A stretch of DNA of 64,000 bases from an uncultured Acidimicrobiaceae bacterium. Its GTDB lineage: Bacteria > Actinomycetota > Acidimicrobiia > Acidimicrobiales > Bog-793. This document shows, piece by piece, positions 1 to 13,112 of this stretch. Location of the stretch: NCBI GenBank assembly GCA_963831155.1, contig CAWHOY010000006.1, positions 138,987 to 202,986 on the forward strand, given 5' to 3'. The notes under the pieces are model-generated. The model was not told the DNA's origin. It saw nothing but the letters and a program-made list of their open reading frames with translations, and searched no databases. Every line of letters starts with the position of its first letter. The first letter of the stretch is position 1. A program made the position numbers and the translations under genes.

Positions 1-52
1 AGATACTCTCCGACCCAAGCACCGACAGAGCACCGCGGGAGGATCGCGCGAG

Positions 53-460
53 ATGGCGAAACACGACTTTCTGAGCCAGCAATGGGTCGACGCTGCCCGT
101 GCGATCTATGCCAACCACCGGTCCACGGCCGAGTCGCCGATCATGCCGTTGAGGATGAACCTCGTCGTCGAAAACGTTCCATTCGACGAGCAGCGATTCG
201 ATGCGCACCTCGACACCTCGTCCGGCGTCGCCGAGGTTGAAGTCGGCCACGTCGAGGACCCCGACCTCACCGTCACGCTGCCTTACGATCTCGCCAAGTC
301 GGTCTTCATCGACGGCAACGCTCAAGCTGGCGCCGAGGGATTCATGATGGGCCTCGTGCGGGTCGACGGTGACGTGACAAGGTTGCTCGCCTTCCAGCAG
401 CAGCCTCCGTCTGCCGAGCAAGCTGAAATCGCCGGCGAGATCCGCGCAATCACCGCCTGA
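53..460 (+). CDS. SCP2 (sterol-carrier-like) domain protein
   Basis: 135-aa ORF that looks coding. It is a small protein with the hydrophobic-pocket pattern and C-terminal GDxxxL helix typical of the SCP2 fold. Recognised by eye only. Confidence 0.5.
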   Translation: MAKHDFLSQQWVDAARAIYANHRSTAESPIMPLRMNLVVENVPFDEQRFDAHLDTSSGVAEVEVGHVEDPDLTVTLPYDLAKSVFIDGNAQAGAEGFMMGLVRVDGDVTRLLAFQQQPPSAEQAEIAGEIRAITA

Positions 461-474
461 GGCGACGCGCGCCC

Positions 475-3638
<3,164 letters not shown>

Positions 3639-3641
3639 CGC

Positions 3642-4811
3642 TCAGACCTTCGAGCCGGCCATTCGCGAGGACAGCGCTGCCGTCGCGTCTTCGATCGCGC
3701 CCAGCGCGTAGTGGATCTCGTCTTCGGTCGTCGACTCGCCGAGGCTGAAGCGCACTGCCTCGCGTGCCGTCGTCGACGGAATCCCGATCGCCACCAGCAC
3801 GTGGCTCGGTTCGATCGCACCCGAAGAACACGCCGAGCCCGCTGAAGCGGCGACACCCCGCTCGTCGAAAAGGACAAGCAGCTCCTCGGCGAGCAGGCCG
3901 GGAAATCGAACGTGCGCGAATCCTGGCGCGGTCGTCGATCTCGACACGGTCTCGACCGCACCCGCGGATGTCGTGATTCCGTCCAGGAAACGGTCGCGTA
4001 GTCGGCGCACACGGACGACGCGCGCTTCGCGCTGCGCGGCAGATTCGTTCGCCGCTGCCGCCATGCCGACGATTCCTGCCACGTTCTCCGTGCCCGGTCG
4101 AATCGACCGCTCTTGGCCGCCGCCGACGATGATCGGCAGGAGTTTCCCCCTCGCCCGCTTCCGAATGATGAGCGCCCCGACCCCTTTCGGCCCCCCGATC
4201 TTGTGCCCGGAGATCGAAACGAGGTCGCACGCGCCGCAAAGTTCGGCTAGATCGAACCAGGGAGCAGCTTGCACAGCGTCGGTGTGCACGAGAGCATTCG
4301 GCGCCAGGCGTCGCGCGAGATCGACGACCTCCGCGATCGGCTGAATCGTGCCGAGTTCGTTGTTCACGGTCATCACGCTGACGAGCGCGACGGACTCGTC
4401 GAGGGTACCTTCAAGTGCTTGGGGATCGATTATCCCGGCGTCGGTCGCACCGACAAGGCGCGCTTTCACGCGTCGCGACGGATTCAAGACCGCGTGGTGC
4501 TCTATCGTGGAGGTGACGACTGGTCCGGCGCCGCGGCTCGCGACGCCTTGGACCGCGAGGTTGTCGGCCTCGGTCCCTCCCGAGGTGAAGACGACCTCCC
4601 CCGGTTCACATCCACAGAACCCGGCGATCGCGTCGCGCGCGTCGTCGACAGCCCGGCGCGCGGCACGCCCGGCGCTGTAAACCCCGGACGGGTTGGCATA
4701 GTTCTCCGCCAAGAACGGCAACATCGCTTCGAGCGCGACAGCACGCACCCGAGTCGTCGCCGCGTGGTCGAGGTAGCTCGACATGGCGGTGTTGTGCGCG
4801 CTTCTGGGCAT
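3642..4811 (-). CDS. iscS: cysteine desulfurase (IscS/NifS family)
   Basis: YLDHAATT N-terminus, PLP lysine motif SISGHKIGGPKG and active-site SAGSACSSG. ATG 4811 has a GAAGG Shine-Dalgarno and overlaps the upstream stop (TGATG). ATG 4784 is an alternative start. Confidence 0.85.
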   Translation of the reverse strand: MPRSAHNTAMSSYLDHAATTRVRAVALEAMLPFLAENYANPSGVYSAGRAARRAVDDARDAIAGFCGCEPGEVVFTSGGTEADNLAVQGVASRGAGPVVTSTIEHHAVLNPSRRVKARLVGATDAGIIDPQALEGTLDESVALVSVMTVNNELGTIQPIAEVVDLARRLAPNALVHTDAVQAAPWFDLAELCGACDLVSISGHKIGGPKGVGALIIRKRARGKLLPIIVGGGQERSIRPGTENVAGIVGMAAAANESAAQREARVVRVRRLRDRFLDGITTSAGAVETVSRSTTAPGFAHVRFPGLLAEELLVLFDERGVAASAGSACSSGAIEPSHVLVAIGIPSTTAREAVRFSLGESTTEDEIHYALGAIEDATAALSSRMAGSKV

Positions 4812-5947
4812 CACGCCTTCAATCCTTGAGCTCCGATGTAACACATCGTGGATGACTGGGTCAGTGGCGTCATAGCCGGCGCTGAGGCGCCGGTCGTGAT
4901 CTTGGCGACCTGCGGTTCGGAGTCACCGATTTTCGCCAGTTTCGCGCCGCTCGCGCCGCCCGCCACCTCGATTTCGAAGAACCGGGTCGTCGCCCGAGCG
5001 ACGATCGCGAGGTCGGCGGCGTTGGTGCCGATGTAGGGCGCGAGGTGGTCCGCGTCGAAGATCTCGAGGAACCATTTGTTCTGGTTCGCGTCGTCGTCGT
5101 AGAGCTTCGCCGAATCTTGCGGCGGGTTGCAGGCGTCGGTCGCGCTCTGGACGACGAGCAAAGGCGGCGCTTTCGGGTGGTTCGCGTACGGGTCTGGAGC
5201 ATTCGGGGGGAAGTACCACTCGGCTCCCGACAGCACCGCGACCGCCCGGTAGCTCAGACTCGGGTGATAGTCGTATCGGCTGTCGTACGCCGCCATCGCC
5301 ACCGTGTCGCCTCCATCGGATTGGCCGGCGAGGCCGATACGCGAGGCGTCAATGAGTCCCGAGAGGCGGCTGCACGCTGACGAGCGCTGCTCGGAGTCGT
5401 CGATCATCGAGTGAATCACGAACGCGACATCTCCGGGTTGTTCGACCTCATCTTCCTCGGCGTCCTGGATCTTGTTCTCTTGGACGGCTAAGGCGTTCGT
5501 CTCAGGGAAGATCGGCGCGGCGACGACGAACCCGGCCCTCACCCACTGTTTGATCAACGGTGTGTACCAGTCGGGCATCGTGCCGTAACCGTGCGCGAAG
5601 ACGATGAGCGGGAACGGCTTCATCGGTGCCGGCTTGGCGCCGCCGCCGCCTTGGGAGTACGTCGGGTAGCGGATCTCGGTCTGAAGGACCCGGTACGAAA
5701 GCGGCGCGCCGGTCGCGGCATCAACTGAGGGGCGCGTGTGGTCGACGAATTCGCACGTCATCTCCGCGACGTAATACCGGTGATGTCGGCGACTGGCCTT
5801 CGGAGCGTGTGAGCCGTGATCGGTCGCCGACGCGACGACCGCGCCGATCACGACGAGCGCCGCGACGACCACGATGACGAGCAGCGCCCGGCCGCGACGG
5901 TGGGCGGCCAGGCGCGCCGCATCGGCGCGAGAAGGACTCCGGGGCAC
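4811..5947 (-). CDS. membrane-anchored alpha/beta hydrolase (PAF-acetylhydrolase/chlorophyllase/dienelactone-hydrolase-like)
   Basis: N-terminal TM helix (LLVIVVVAALVVIGAVV), FAHGYG oxyanion region and nucleophile elbow GQSDGG. Confidence 0.6.
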   Translation of the reverse strand: MPRSPSRADAARLAAHRRGRALLVIVVVAALVVIGAVVASATDHGSHAPKASRRHHRYYVAEMTCEFVDHTRPSVDAATGAPLSYRVLQTEIRYPTYSQGGGGAKPAPMKPFPLIVFAHGYGTMPDWYTPLIKQWVRAGFVVAAPIFPETNALAVQENKIQDAEEDEVEQPGDVAFVIHSMIDDSEQRSSACSRLSGLIDASRIGLAGQSDGGDTVAMAAYDSRYDYHPSLSYRAVAVLSGAEWYFPPNAPDPYANHPKAPPLLVVQSATDACNPPQDSAKLYDDDANQNKWFLEIFDADHLAPYIGTNAADLAIVARATTRFFEIEVAGGASGAKLAKIGDSEPQVAKITTGASAPAMTPLTQSSTMCYIGAQGLKA

Positions 5948-5992
5948 GTAGAAAACGGTACCGGGCGCGCTGGCGCCGGTATCGGCGTCCTC

Positions 5993-6478
5993 TCAGACGG
6001 GCTGCCAGACCATGACGACGAGTGCCGCGACGAAACACACAGAGGTCACGGCCGACCAGCGCTCGCACGTCCTCGCCGAAAGACGGATCGCCGCGACGTC
6101 GGTACTCAGCGCGAGGTGCTCTTGGATCCGCCGCTCCGCTGGGAAGACGCCGCCCGTCGCGACGCCGGCGGCGGCGAGCCAGATGCCGAGACCGATCCAC
6201 GGCCAGGCGTGGTCGGCGATGGCGGCCCCGCCCATGCCGACGAGCGTCCCGCCGAACAGCGGAACGAGGAACAGCGCCCACTCGGCCCAGTTCCGCCCCG
6301 ACTTGAAGTAACGCCTGGCGGACGCGTCCGACAGAGGATCGGCGCGCTGGCGCAACGAAGACGAGTATCGCCCCGTCGCTGCGAGCGACCCGAACGCGAC
6401 GACCGCCGAGGCAACGTGCAGCACTTCGACGATGTCGTAGGCGGGTCCGCTTACCGCCATGGTTCGATGACGGCCCAA
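5993..6478 (-). CDS. integral membrane protein, unknown function
   Basis: 161-aa ORF with about four hydrophobic helices. No recognisable motif. Confidence 0.5.
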   Translation of the reverse strand: MGRHRTMAVSGPAYDIVEVLHVASAVVAFGSLAATGRYSSSLRQRADPLSDASARRYFKSGRNWAEWALFLVPLFGGTLVGMGGAAIADHAWPWIGLGIWLAAAGVATGGVFPAERRIQEHLALSTDVAAIRLSARTCERWSAVTSVCFVAALVVMVWQPV

Positions 6479-6672
6479 CTCAGGTGATGCAGGCCCGGGT
6501 TGCTTTTCGGATCGCGGAAGCCCTCGGTCCCAAGGTGCGAGGGGGCGTGAAACCGCTCCTCAGAGCTGCCGGCGTGCAGCCGGGTGTGCGCTTCGTCCGA
6601 AGCTGGGCTACTACCCCATGGTCCGTTTCGTACCGCGCGCTCGCTAGCGTGGCATGGCATGTTGAACGTGCG

Positions 6673-7704
6673 GTGCGTCGGAGCGCCTTGAACCAACTCC
6701 GCCTCGATCCGCTCTCGGGTCGGTGGGTCGTTGTCTCGACGGGCCGGAACCCGAGCCCCGGCCTCTTCCGCCCTCGCGAGACTCACCCGCCCAGCCAACG
6801 CGCCCAGTGCCCGTTTTGCCCTGGACACGAAGGTTCGACCCCGCCGGCGCTCGAGACCTACGGTGCCGAGGGTCACTGGCTCGTCAGGGTGGTCCCGAAC
6901 CTCTACCCGGCGTTCTCCGGCTCTCAGCAGTTCGTCGTCACGAACAAGGGCCCCGTGTTCACCGAGGCGCCGGCGAGCGGGATCCACGAGATCCTCGTCT
7001 TCTCCCCTGACCACGACCTTTCGTGGGCAAGCTTCAGCGATGAGCAGTGCGGCCTCGTCATGGCGACGATCCGTGACCGCATCGAGGAGCACCATGGAAC
7101 CCCGGGGCTGCGCTACAGCCAGGTCCACGTGAACTACGGCGTCGAAGCGGGCGCCTCCCAGGAGCACCCGCACGGCCAGCTGCTCGGCATCCCCTTCGTC
7201 CCCCGCGAGCTCGTCGACGAGCAAGGCAGCTTCAGCCGGTTCCACGGCGGTTGTCTGATCTGCACTGCGGCCGCGTCCGAAGAGCGCGTCGGTTATCGCC
7301 TCGTCGAAGTGACCGATCAGGCGGTGACGATCGCACCGTTTTGGAGCGGAACGCCCTACGAGATGCTCGTGGTCCCCCGCTCGCACGAGGCGCAGCTGCA
7401 GCTGTCGCCCCCGGACACGCTCGTCGGCTTCGGCACCGCGATTCGCGACGCGCTGGCCGCGCTCGACAAGACCGCGGGAAGTCCCGCGTACAACCTGATT
7501 TTCCACTCGGCGCCGTACCGCTCGACGGCGCCGTTTCACTGGCACGCCCACATCCTCCCGAAACTCACGACGCACGCCGGCTTCGAACTCGGCACCGGCA
7601 TCTACGTCAACGTCGTCCCGCCGGAGCTCGCCGCCGAGGAGCTCCGCTCAGCACTCCCGTCGGCGTCGAACGGACCTCACGCCGCGACGAGCGTCGCTTC
7701 GTAG
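6673..7704 (+). CDS. galT: galactose-1-phosphate uridylyltransferase family protein
   Basis: CPFCPGHE zinc/His motif and HPHGQL His-Pro-His active site. The start is uncertain (GTG 6673 or GTG 6649). The ORF-track start at 6484 adds non-homologous residues. The 3' end overlaps convergent mak by 28 nt. Confidence 0.8.
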   Translation: MRRSALNQLRLDPLSGRWVVVSTGRNPSPGLFRPRETHPPSQRAQCPFCPGHEGSTPPALETYGAEGHWLVRVVPNLYPAFSGSQQFVVTNKGPVFTEAPASGIHEILVFSPDHDLSWASFSDEQCGLVMATIRDRIEEHHGTPGLRYSQVHVNYGVEAGASQEHPHGQLLGIPFVPRELVDEQGSFSRFHGGCLICTAAASEERVGYRLVEVTDQAVTIAPFWSGTPYEMLVVPRSHEAQLQLSPPDTLVGFGTAIRDALAALDKTAGSPAYNLIFHSAPYRSTAPFHWHAHILPKLTTHAGFELGTGIYVNVVPPELAAEELRSALPSASNGPHAATSVAS

Positions 7705-9002
7705 TCGGCGATCCGGGCGCGGCTGAGCTCGGAGACGACTGGCCGCAAGAGCTCGACAGGGATCAGCGCCTCGACGCCATGCGTCGAGGCGTAACCGTCC
7801 AAGAAGGCGAGCTGGTTCCGTCGCACCCAGGCGCCGGCGAGGATTCCGGCGAGCGGACGCTCCGAAACGGGGCGCTGCGCGACGGCATCGCGAGCGATCC
7901 TTTCGATCGAGAACCACATGTCGGCGAGGTCCTCGGCGGGCGATCCCCGCTGGGCGAGCACCGAGGTAAACGAACCGGGGTCGACGTTCAGCGGGTCGTC
8001 ACCGAAGCCCGAGATGATCCATCCGACGTCGGCGCGCATCACACGACGGAGGTGGAAGTCACCGTGAATCCGGATCTCGACGCCTGCGGGCACGTCCTCG
8101 AGTGTGCGGAGGATCTCTCCGTTGACGCTGTCGAGCCGGGCGCCGAGCGCCGACTCGATAGACGCGAGCAGCTCGTCGCAGCCAAGCGGGCGCGTCCCGA
8201 ACACGTCAGCCATCCCACGATGAAGGTGCGCAGCCGTCGCTCCGAGGCGCCGCATTTCCGAAGCGAGGTCCCCTCCCGCCGAGGCGGCGACCGCGTCCGG
8301 ATCCTGGGACGCTTCGTCTGCACTAAAGGTCGCGCGCGGATCGCTCGCCGAGACGCGTGCGAGGAGGTCGCGCAGCGAAGTCAGCGCGAGCAGACGTCCC
8401 TCGAGACCTGTCGACAGGAACTCGCGCACGAGCGCGAGGTCGTTTCCGTCGGATTCCCAGAACGCGATCGGCGCGAGCATCGCATTGAACCCGTACGCAT
8501 CGAGGCCGCGTAGAACTTCGATCTCCGGTCGAGTCCCTTCTTCGAGGACCCGGTAGCACTTCATCATTACGCGCTCGTCGTAGACCAACGACGCGTGCGA
8601 CGCGAGAGACGACAGCTGGCGAACGCGCTTCGCGATCACCTCGCCGTTCGTCGCGTGTCGCAGCAGCTCGAGCGCGAGTTCGTCGTCGGCGAGCGCGTCG
8701 TAGACGAGCACGCCGCCATCCCGCCTCGTCGCGGAGCCGTAGATCGCGCCTTCGCGGCCATGGAGGAGTTCGGACACATCGGCTGCCGGCCGCCATCCCG
8801 CGAAGCAGCTGTAGCTACGCGAGCGGCACGACAACACGAGGTGCGTGAGCGGCACCGGCGCCTCGACGAGCTGGTGCTCAAATACGAGCGTGATCTCGGA
8901 GGGGGCGGCGCCGCCCGATGTCTTCTGGAACCACGGCTGGCGGTCGAGGTGCGCCCGGGCGAGGGTCTCGAGCGAAGCGTGGACGAGCTCGTCGGCGGTC
9001 AT
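7677..9002 (-). CDS. mak: maltokinase (Mak/Pep2)
   Basis: Kinase-like protein of about 440 aa directly downstream of treS. ATG 9002 overlaps the treS stop (ATGA). The ORF-track start at 9455 runs into treS in another frame. Confidence 0.75.
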   Translation of the reverse strand: MTADELVHASLETLARAHLDRQPWFQKTSGGAAPSEITLVFEHQLVEAPVPLTHLVLSCRSRSYSCFAGWRPAADVSELLHGREGAIYGSATRRDGGVLVYDALADDELALELLRHATNGEVIAKRVRQLSSLASHASLVYDERVMMKCYRVLEEGTRPEIEVLRGLDAYGFNAMLAPIAFWESDGNDLALVREFLSTGLEGRLLALTSLRDLLARVSASDPRATFSADEASQDPDAVAASAGGDLASEMRRLGATAAHLHRGMADVFGTRPLGCDELLASIESALGARLDSVNGEILRTLEDVPAGVEIRIHGDFHLRRVMRADVGWIISGFGDDPLNVDPGSFTSVLAQRGSPAEDLADMWFSIERIARDAVAQRPVSERPLAGILAGAWVRRNQLAFLDGYASTHGVEALIPVELLRPVVSELSRARIADYEATLVAA

Positions 9003-10690
9003 GGCTGTGCGAGCTCGAGCCAGTAGTACCCGTATGGGCCCAACGTGACCGGGTAGCCCTCGGCGGTGATCGGCGGGAACGTCGAGCGCCCGATGAGCTC
9101 GACGGGACGCGACCCGACAAAGGCCGACAGGCTCAATTCCGTCGATTGCGCGAAGCGCGACAGGTTGTTCACGCACAACACCGGCGGATCTGCGTCCTCG
9201 CCCTCTCCTTCGCGCAGATAGGCGAGCACCGAGGGGTTGTCGGAAGGAAGGATCGAGATCAGCCCGGTCGCGAAAAGTGGCGTCTGGTGGCGCACGGCGA
9301 GCATCCGTTGCAGCCAGCGCAAGAACGACGACCGATCGAGCAATGAGCTCTCGACGTTGACCGATGGATAGCCGTACACGGGGTCGACCAGAGTCGGCAA
9401 ATAGAGCCTGTCCGGGTCCGCATTCGAAAAGCCGCCGTTGCGGTCGTTCGACCACTGCATCGGCGTGCGGACGCTGTCGCGGTCTCCGAGGCGGATGTTG
9501 TCACCCATCATGATCTCGTCGCCGTAGTAGAGCACGGGCGCGCCGGGAAGCGAGAGCAAAAACGCGTAGAGGAGCTCAGAGACGCTGCGGTCCTTGTCGA
9601 CGAGCGGTGCCAGCCGACGTCGGATCCCGAGATTCTTGCGCATCTGCGGATCGCGCGCGTATTCGTTATAGAGGTAGTCACGATCTTCGTCGGTGACCAT
9701 CTCCAAAGTGAGCTCGTCGTGGTTGCGTAAGAAGATTCCCCACTGTGCGCCCTTCGGGATCGGCGGGGTCTGCGTGATGATCTCGGTGATCGGGAAACGG
9801 TGCTCTCGACGAATTGCCATGAACATGCGCGGCATCAACGGGAAGTGAAAGCACATTTGGCATTCGTCGCCGTCGCCGAAGTAGTCGACGACGTCGGCGG
9901 GCCACTGGTTCACCTCGGCGAGCAGGACGCGATTCGGGTAGTCACGGTCGATCTCTGAGCGCAGTCGACGCAAGAAGGCGTGCGTCTCTGGCAGATTCTC
10001 GCCGATGCCGTCACGTTGAAACAGATACGCGGCGGCGTCGAGACGGAAACCGTCGATTCCGAGATCGAGCCAGAAACGCACGACCGACAAAAGCGCTTCC
10101 TGCACCTCAGGATTGAACAGATTGAGGTCGGGCTGGTGATGGAAGAAGCGGTGCCAGTAGTACTGCTGGCGGCTCGCGTCCCAGGTCCAGTTCGACGTCT
10201 CGGTGTCGGAGAAGATGATGCGGATGTCCTTCCAGGACTGGCCGTCGTCAGCCCAGATGAACCAGTCGGCCTTCGGGTTGTCCCTCGATGAGCGCGACTC
10301 GATGAACCACGGATGTTGGTCGCTCGTGTGCTGCAAGACCAGATCGGTGATCACGCGGATCCCGCGGTCGTGCGCCTCTTTCACGAGGCGGCAGATGTCT
10401 TCGACGTCGCCGAGTTCGGGTGCGACGGCGCGGTAGTCGGATACGTCGTACCCGCCGTCGCGCAGCGGCGAGGGATAAAAGGGCAGAAGCCAGATGCAGT
10501 CGACACCGAGCCAGGCGAGATAGTCGATCTTTGCGATCACTCCCGGGAGGTCACCGATCCCGTCGGCGTTCGAGTCGTAAAAGCCCCGCGGCAAGATCTC
10601 GTAGAAGACGGCCCGCTCGTACCAGGTCGGGTCGTCGTCGAGTTCGCGCGCAGGGCTCTGATCGAGCGGTGTCGTCCGGTTCGCCGTCAT
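8999..10690 (-). CDS. treS: trehalose synthase / maltose alpha-D-glucosyltransferase
   Basis: GH13 signature DPTWYERAVFYEI...GIGDLPGVIAKIDYLAWLGVDCIWLLPFYPSPLRDGGYDVSDY. Start chosen at ATG 10690, just after the murA stop. ATG 10723 is an alternative. Confidence 0.9.
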   Translation of the reverse strand: MTANRTTPLDQSPARELDDDPTWYERAVFYEILPRGFYDSNADGIGDLPGVIAKIDYLAWLGVDCIWLLPFYPSPLRDGGYDVSDYRAVAPELGDVEDICRLVKEAHDRGIRVITDLVLQHTSDQHPWFIESRSSRDNPKADWFIWADDGQSWKDIRIIFSDTETSNWTWDASRQQYYWHRFFHHQPDLNLFNPEVQEALLSVVRFWLDLGIDGFRLDAAAYLFQRDGIGENLPETHAFLRRLRSEIDRDYPNRVLLAEVNQWPADVVDYFGDGDECQMCFHFPLMPRMFMAIRREHRFPITEIITQTPPIPKGAQWGIFLRNHDELTLEMVTDEDRDYLYNEYARDPQMRKNLGIRRRLAPLVDKDRSVSELLYAFLLSLPGAPVLYYGDEIMMGDNIRLGDRDSVRTPMQWSNDRNGGFSNADPDRLYLPTLVDPVYGYPSVNVESSLLDRSSFLRWLQRMLAVRHQTPLFATGLISILPSDNPSVLAYLREGEGEDADPPVLCVNNLSRFAQSTELSLSAFVGSRPVELIGRSTFPPITAEGYPVTLGPYGYYWLELAQP

Positions 10691-10706
10691 CGAAATCGCC
10701 TGCAAA

Positions 10707-11972
10707 TCAGAGATCGTCGACATCGTGGCGTTCGATCGGCGCACCGAGGGATCGCAGCTTGTCATCCAAGTGCTCGTAACCCCGATCAATGTGCTCGATG
10801 CCGGTAATCGTCGATTCCCCTTCGGCGGCGAGTCCGGCGAGGACGAGCGCCGCGCCAGCTCGAATGTCGGGAGCGCGCACCGTCGTGCCTGACAGCCGCT
10901 CGACGCCGCGGACGACCGCGTGGTGGCCTTCGGTCGTGATGTTCGCTCCCATCCGCCGCAGCTCATCGATGTAGCGGAACCGCCCGGCGTAGATGTTCTC
11001 GCTAACGATCGCGACCCCAGTCCCGATCGAGAGCGCCGTCACCAAGAGCGGCTTGTAGTCGGTCGCGACTCCGGGGTAGGGCAACGTGACGACGTCGACC
11101 GACCTCAGACGTTCCTTTGATAACACCCCAACACCCGACGGGGTCACATCGATCTCCACGCCCATCTCGTTGAGCTTTGAGAGGTACATATCCATGTGGT
11201 CGGCGCGCGCACCAGAGACGAAAACGGATCCCTGAACGATCGCGACCGCTGCCAAGAACGTCGCCGCCTCAACGCGGTCACCGATCACACGGTGGCGCGT
11301 CGGGCGCAATTCATCGACGCCTTCAACCTCGATGCGTGACGTGCCGGCCCCGGAGATGCGCGCGCCCATCGCCGAAAGCATGTCCGCGAGGTCTTGGACC
11401 TCGGGCTCGCGAGCCGCGTTCTCGATCACGGTCGTTCCCTTGGCGAGCACGGCCGCGGACAAAACATTGTCGGTTGTCGTGTGACTCGGGTATTCGAGGA
11501 CGATGCGCGCACCGACGAGACCGTCGCACCGCCCCTCGACATAGCCGTGCTCAGTCGCGAACTCCACGCCAAGCGCTCCAAGCGCTCGCAGATGCATATC
11601 GATCGGTCGCGGACCGAAGTCATCGCCGCCGGGAAGTGAGATCCGAGCGAAGTGATGGCGCGCGAGTAGCGGACCAAGAACGACGATCGACGCACGCATC
11701 TTCTCGACGAGTTCGTACGGCGCGATCGGGGTCGCGTTCTCTGGAGCGTCGATCTCCAGGATGCCGTCGTCGCGGCGTGTGACCTCGGCCCCGATCGCGC
11801 GCAAAACATCTGCCATGATCGTGACGTCAGTGATCTCCGGTACGTTCGCGAGTTGCGTCGATCCGGTCGTGAGGAGCGACGACGCCATCAGCTTCAATGC
11901 CGAGTTCTTCGCTCCCTGCAAAAAGACGGTGCCGGAAAGCGTCGGCGCCTGATTTACCGTGAGGACCTGCAC
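10707..11972 (-). CDS. murA: UDP-N-acetylglucosamine 1-carboxyvinyltransferase
   Basis: Typical MurA N-terminus (GTVFLQGAKNSALKLMA) and loop LPGGDDFGPRPIDMH. Full length, 421 aa. Confidence 0.92.
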   Translation of the reverse strand: MQVLTVNQAPTLSGTVFLQGAKNSALKLMASSLLTTGSTQLANVPEITDVTIMADVLRAIGAEVTRRDDGILEIDAPENATPIAPYELVEKMRASIVVLGPLLARHHFARISLPGGDDFGPRPIDMHLRALGALGVEFATEHGYVEGRCDGLVGARIVLEYPSHTTTDNVLSAAVLAKGTTVIENAAREPEVQDLADMLSAMGARISGAGTSRIEVEGVDELRPTRHRVIGDRVEAATFLAAVAIVQGSVFVSGARADHMDMYLSKLNEMGVEIDVTPSGVGVLSKERLRSVDVVTLPYPGVATDYKPLLVTALSIGTGVAIVSENIYAGRFRYIDELRRMGANITTEGHHAVVRGVERLSGTTVRAPDIRAGAALVLAGLAAEGESTITGIEHIDRGYEHLDDKLRSLGAPIERHDVDDL

Positions 11973-12073
11973 CGACGGAACGCTACCGTCCGCGTCAGGT
12001 TCGAAAATCCCCGCCCCGCTAACGTCGCTTCACCGATTCCCGTGTGGTCAGACCCCCGACATAGGAGGATCGC

Positions 12074-13069
12074 GTGGACTCCTCAAGAATTCGTCCCGAT
12101 CGCAACCTCGCGATGGAGCTGGTCCGCGTCACCGAGGCGGCGGCCGTCGCCGGCAGCCGCTGGATGGGACGTGGTGACAAAGACGGAGCCGATGCGGCTG
12201 CCGTCGACGCGATGCGTTTCGTGCTGTCGAACGTGGCGATGGACGGCGTCGTCGTCATCGGCGAAGGCGAAAAGGATCGGGCGCCGATGCTGTACAACGG
12301 GGAACGCATCGGCGACGGCTCGGCTCCCGAAGTAGACATCGCCGTCGACCCCATCGACGGCACCCGGCCCACTGCCCTCGGGCGCGGCGGCGCGCTTTCG
12401 GTGATCGCGCTCGCAGAACGCCACCACATGTTCGATCCAGGACCGGTCGTGTACATGTCGAAAATCGCGGTCGGCTCGGAAGCTGTCGGTCGCGTTTCTC
12501 TCGAACTTTCGGTAAAGGAAAACCTCGTCGAGATCGGGAAGGCAAAACAGTCTGAGGTGAGCGACTTGACGGCGATCGTTCTCGACCGACCACGCCACGA
12601 AGAACTCATCGAAGAGATCCGATCGGCAGGTGCCCGTATCCGTCTCATCACTGACGGCGACGTCGCAGCGGCTATCTCGACGGCGTGGCAGGAAAGTGGT
12701 GACGACGTCTTGTTCGGCATCGGCGGTACGCCCGAAGGTGTCATCGCCGCCGCCGCGCTGAAAGCGATGGGCGGTGAGATCCAAGGCCGGTTGTGGCCCC
12801 GCGACGACGCCGAGCGGAAAGCGGCGGTCGACGCCGGCTACGACGTCGACAAGGTGCTCACCACCGACGACTTCATCAGGGGCGACAACGTCTTTTTCGC
12901 TGCAACGGGAGTGACCGACGGCGAATTACTGCGCGGCGTCCGCTATCACGCCGGAGGCGCGACGACGCAATCGATGCTCACTCGCTCTCGAACTGGCACA
13001 ATCCGATTCGTCACCGCCTACCACCGGCGCGAGAAGCTCAGCCAGTTCCGGCTGCTCGAAGGCATCTGA
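12074..13069 (+). CDS. glpX: fructose-1,6-bisphosphatase class II
   Basis: GlpX signature LVRVTEAAAVAGSRWMGRGDKDGADAAAVDAMR. GTG start preceded by AGGAGGA. Confidence 0.92.
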   Translation: MDSSRIRPDRNLAMELVRVTEAAAVAGSRWMGRGDKDGADAAAVDAMRFVLSNVAMDGVVVIGEGEKDRAPMLYNGERIGDGSAPEVDIAVDPIDGTRPTALGRGGALSVIALAERHHMFDPGPVVYMSKIAVGSEAVGRVSLELSVKENLVEIGKAKQSEVSDLTAIVLDRPRHEELIEEIRSAGARIRLITDGDVAAAISTAWQESGDDVLFGIGGTPEGVIAAAALKAMGGEIQGRLWPRDDAERKAAVDAGYDVDKVLTTDDFIRGDNVFFAATGVTDGELLRGVRYHAGGATTQSMLTRSRTGTIRFVTAYHRREKLSQFRLLEGI

Positions 13070-13112
13070 TCGGAAAGCGCGAGCTCGCCAGCTGTCCACT
13101 CGTGTGCCGATG

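Noticed and set aside
6451-8513. ORFs 6451..7575(-) and 7251..8513(+)
   Set aside because: Shadows of galT and mak. Low-complexity, Arg-rich translations.
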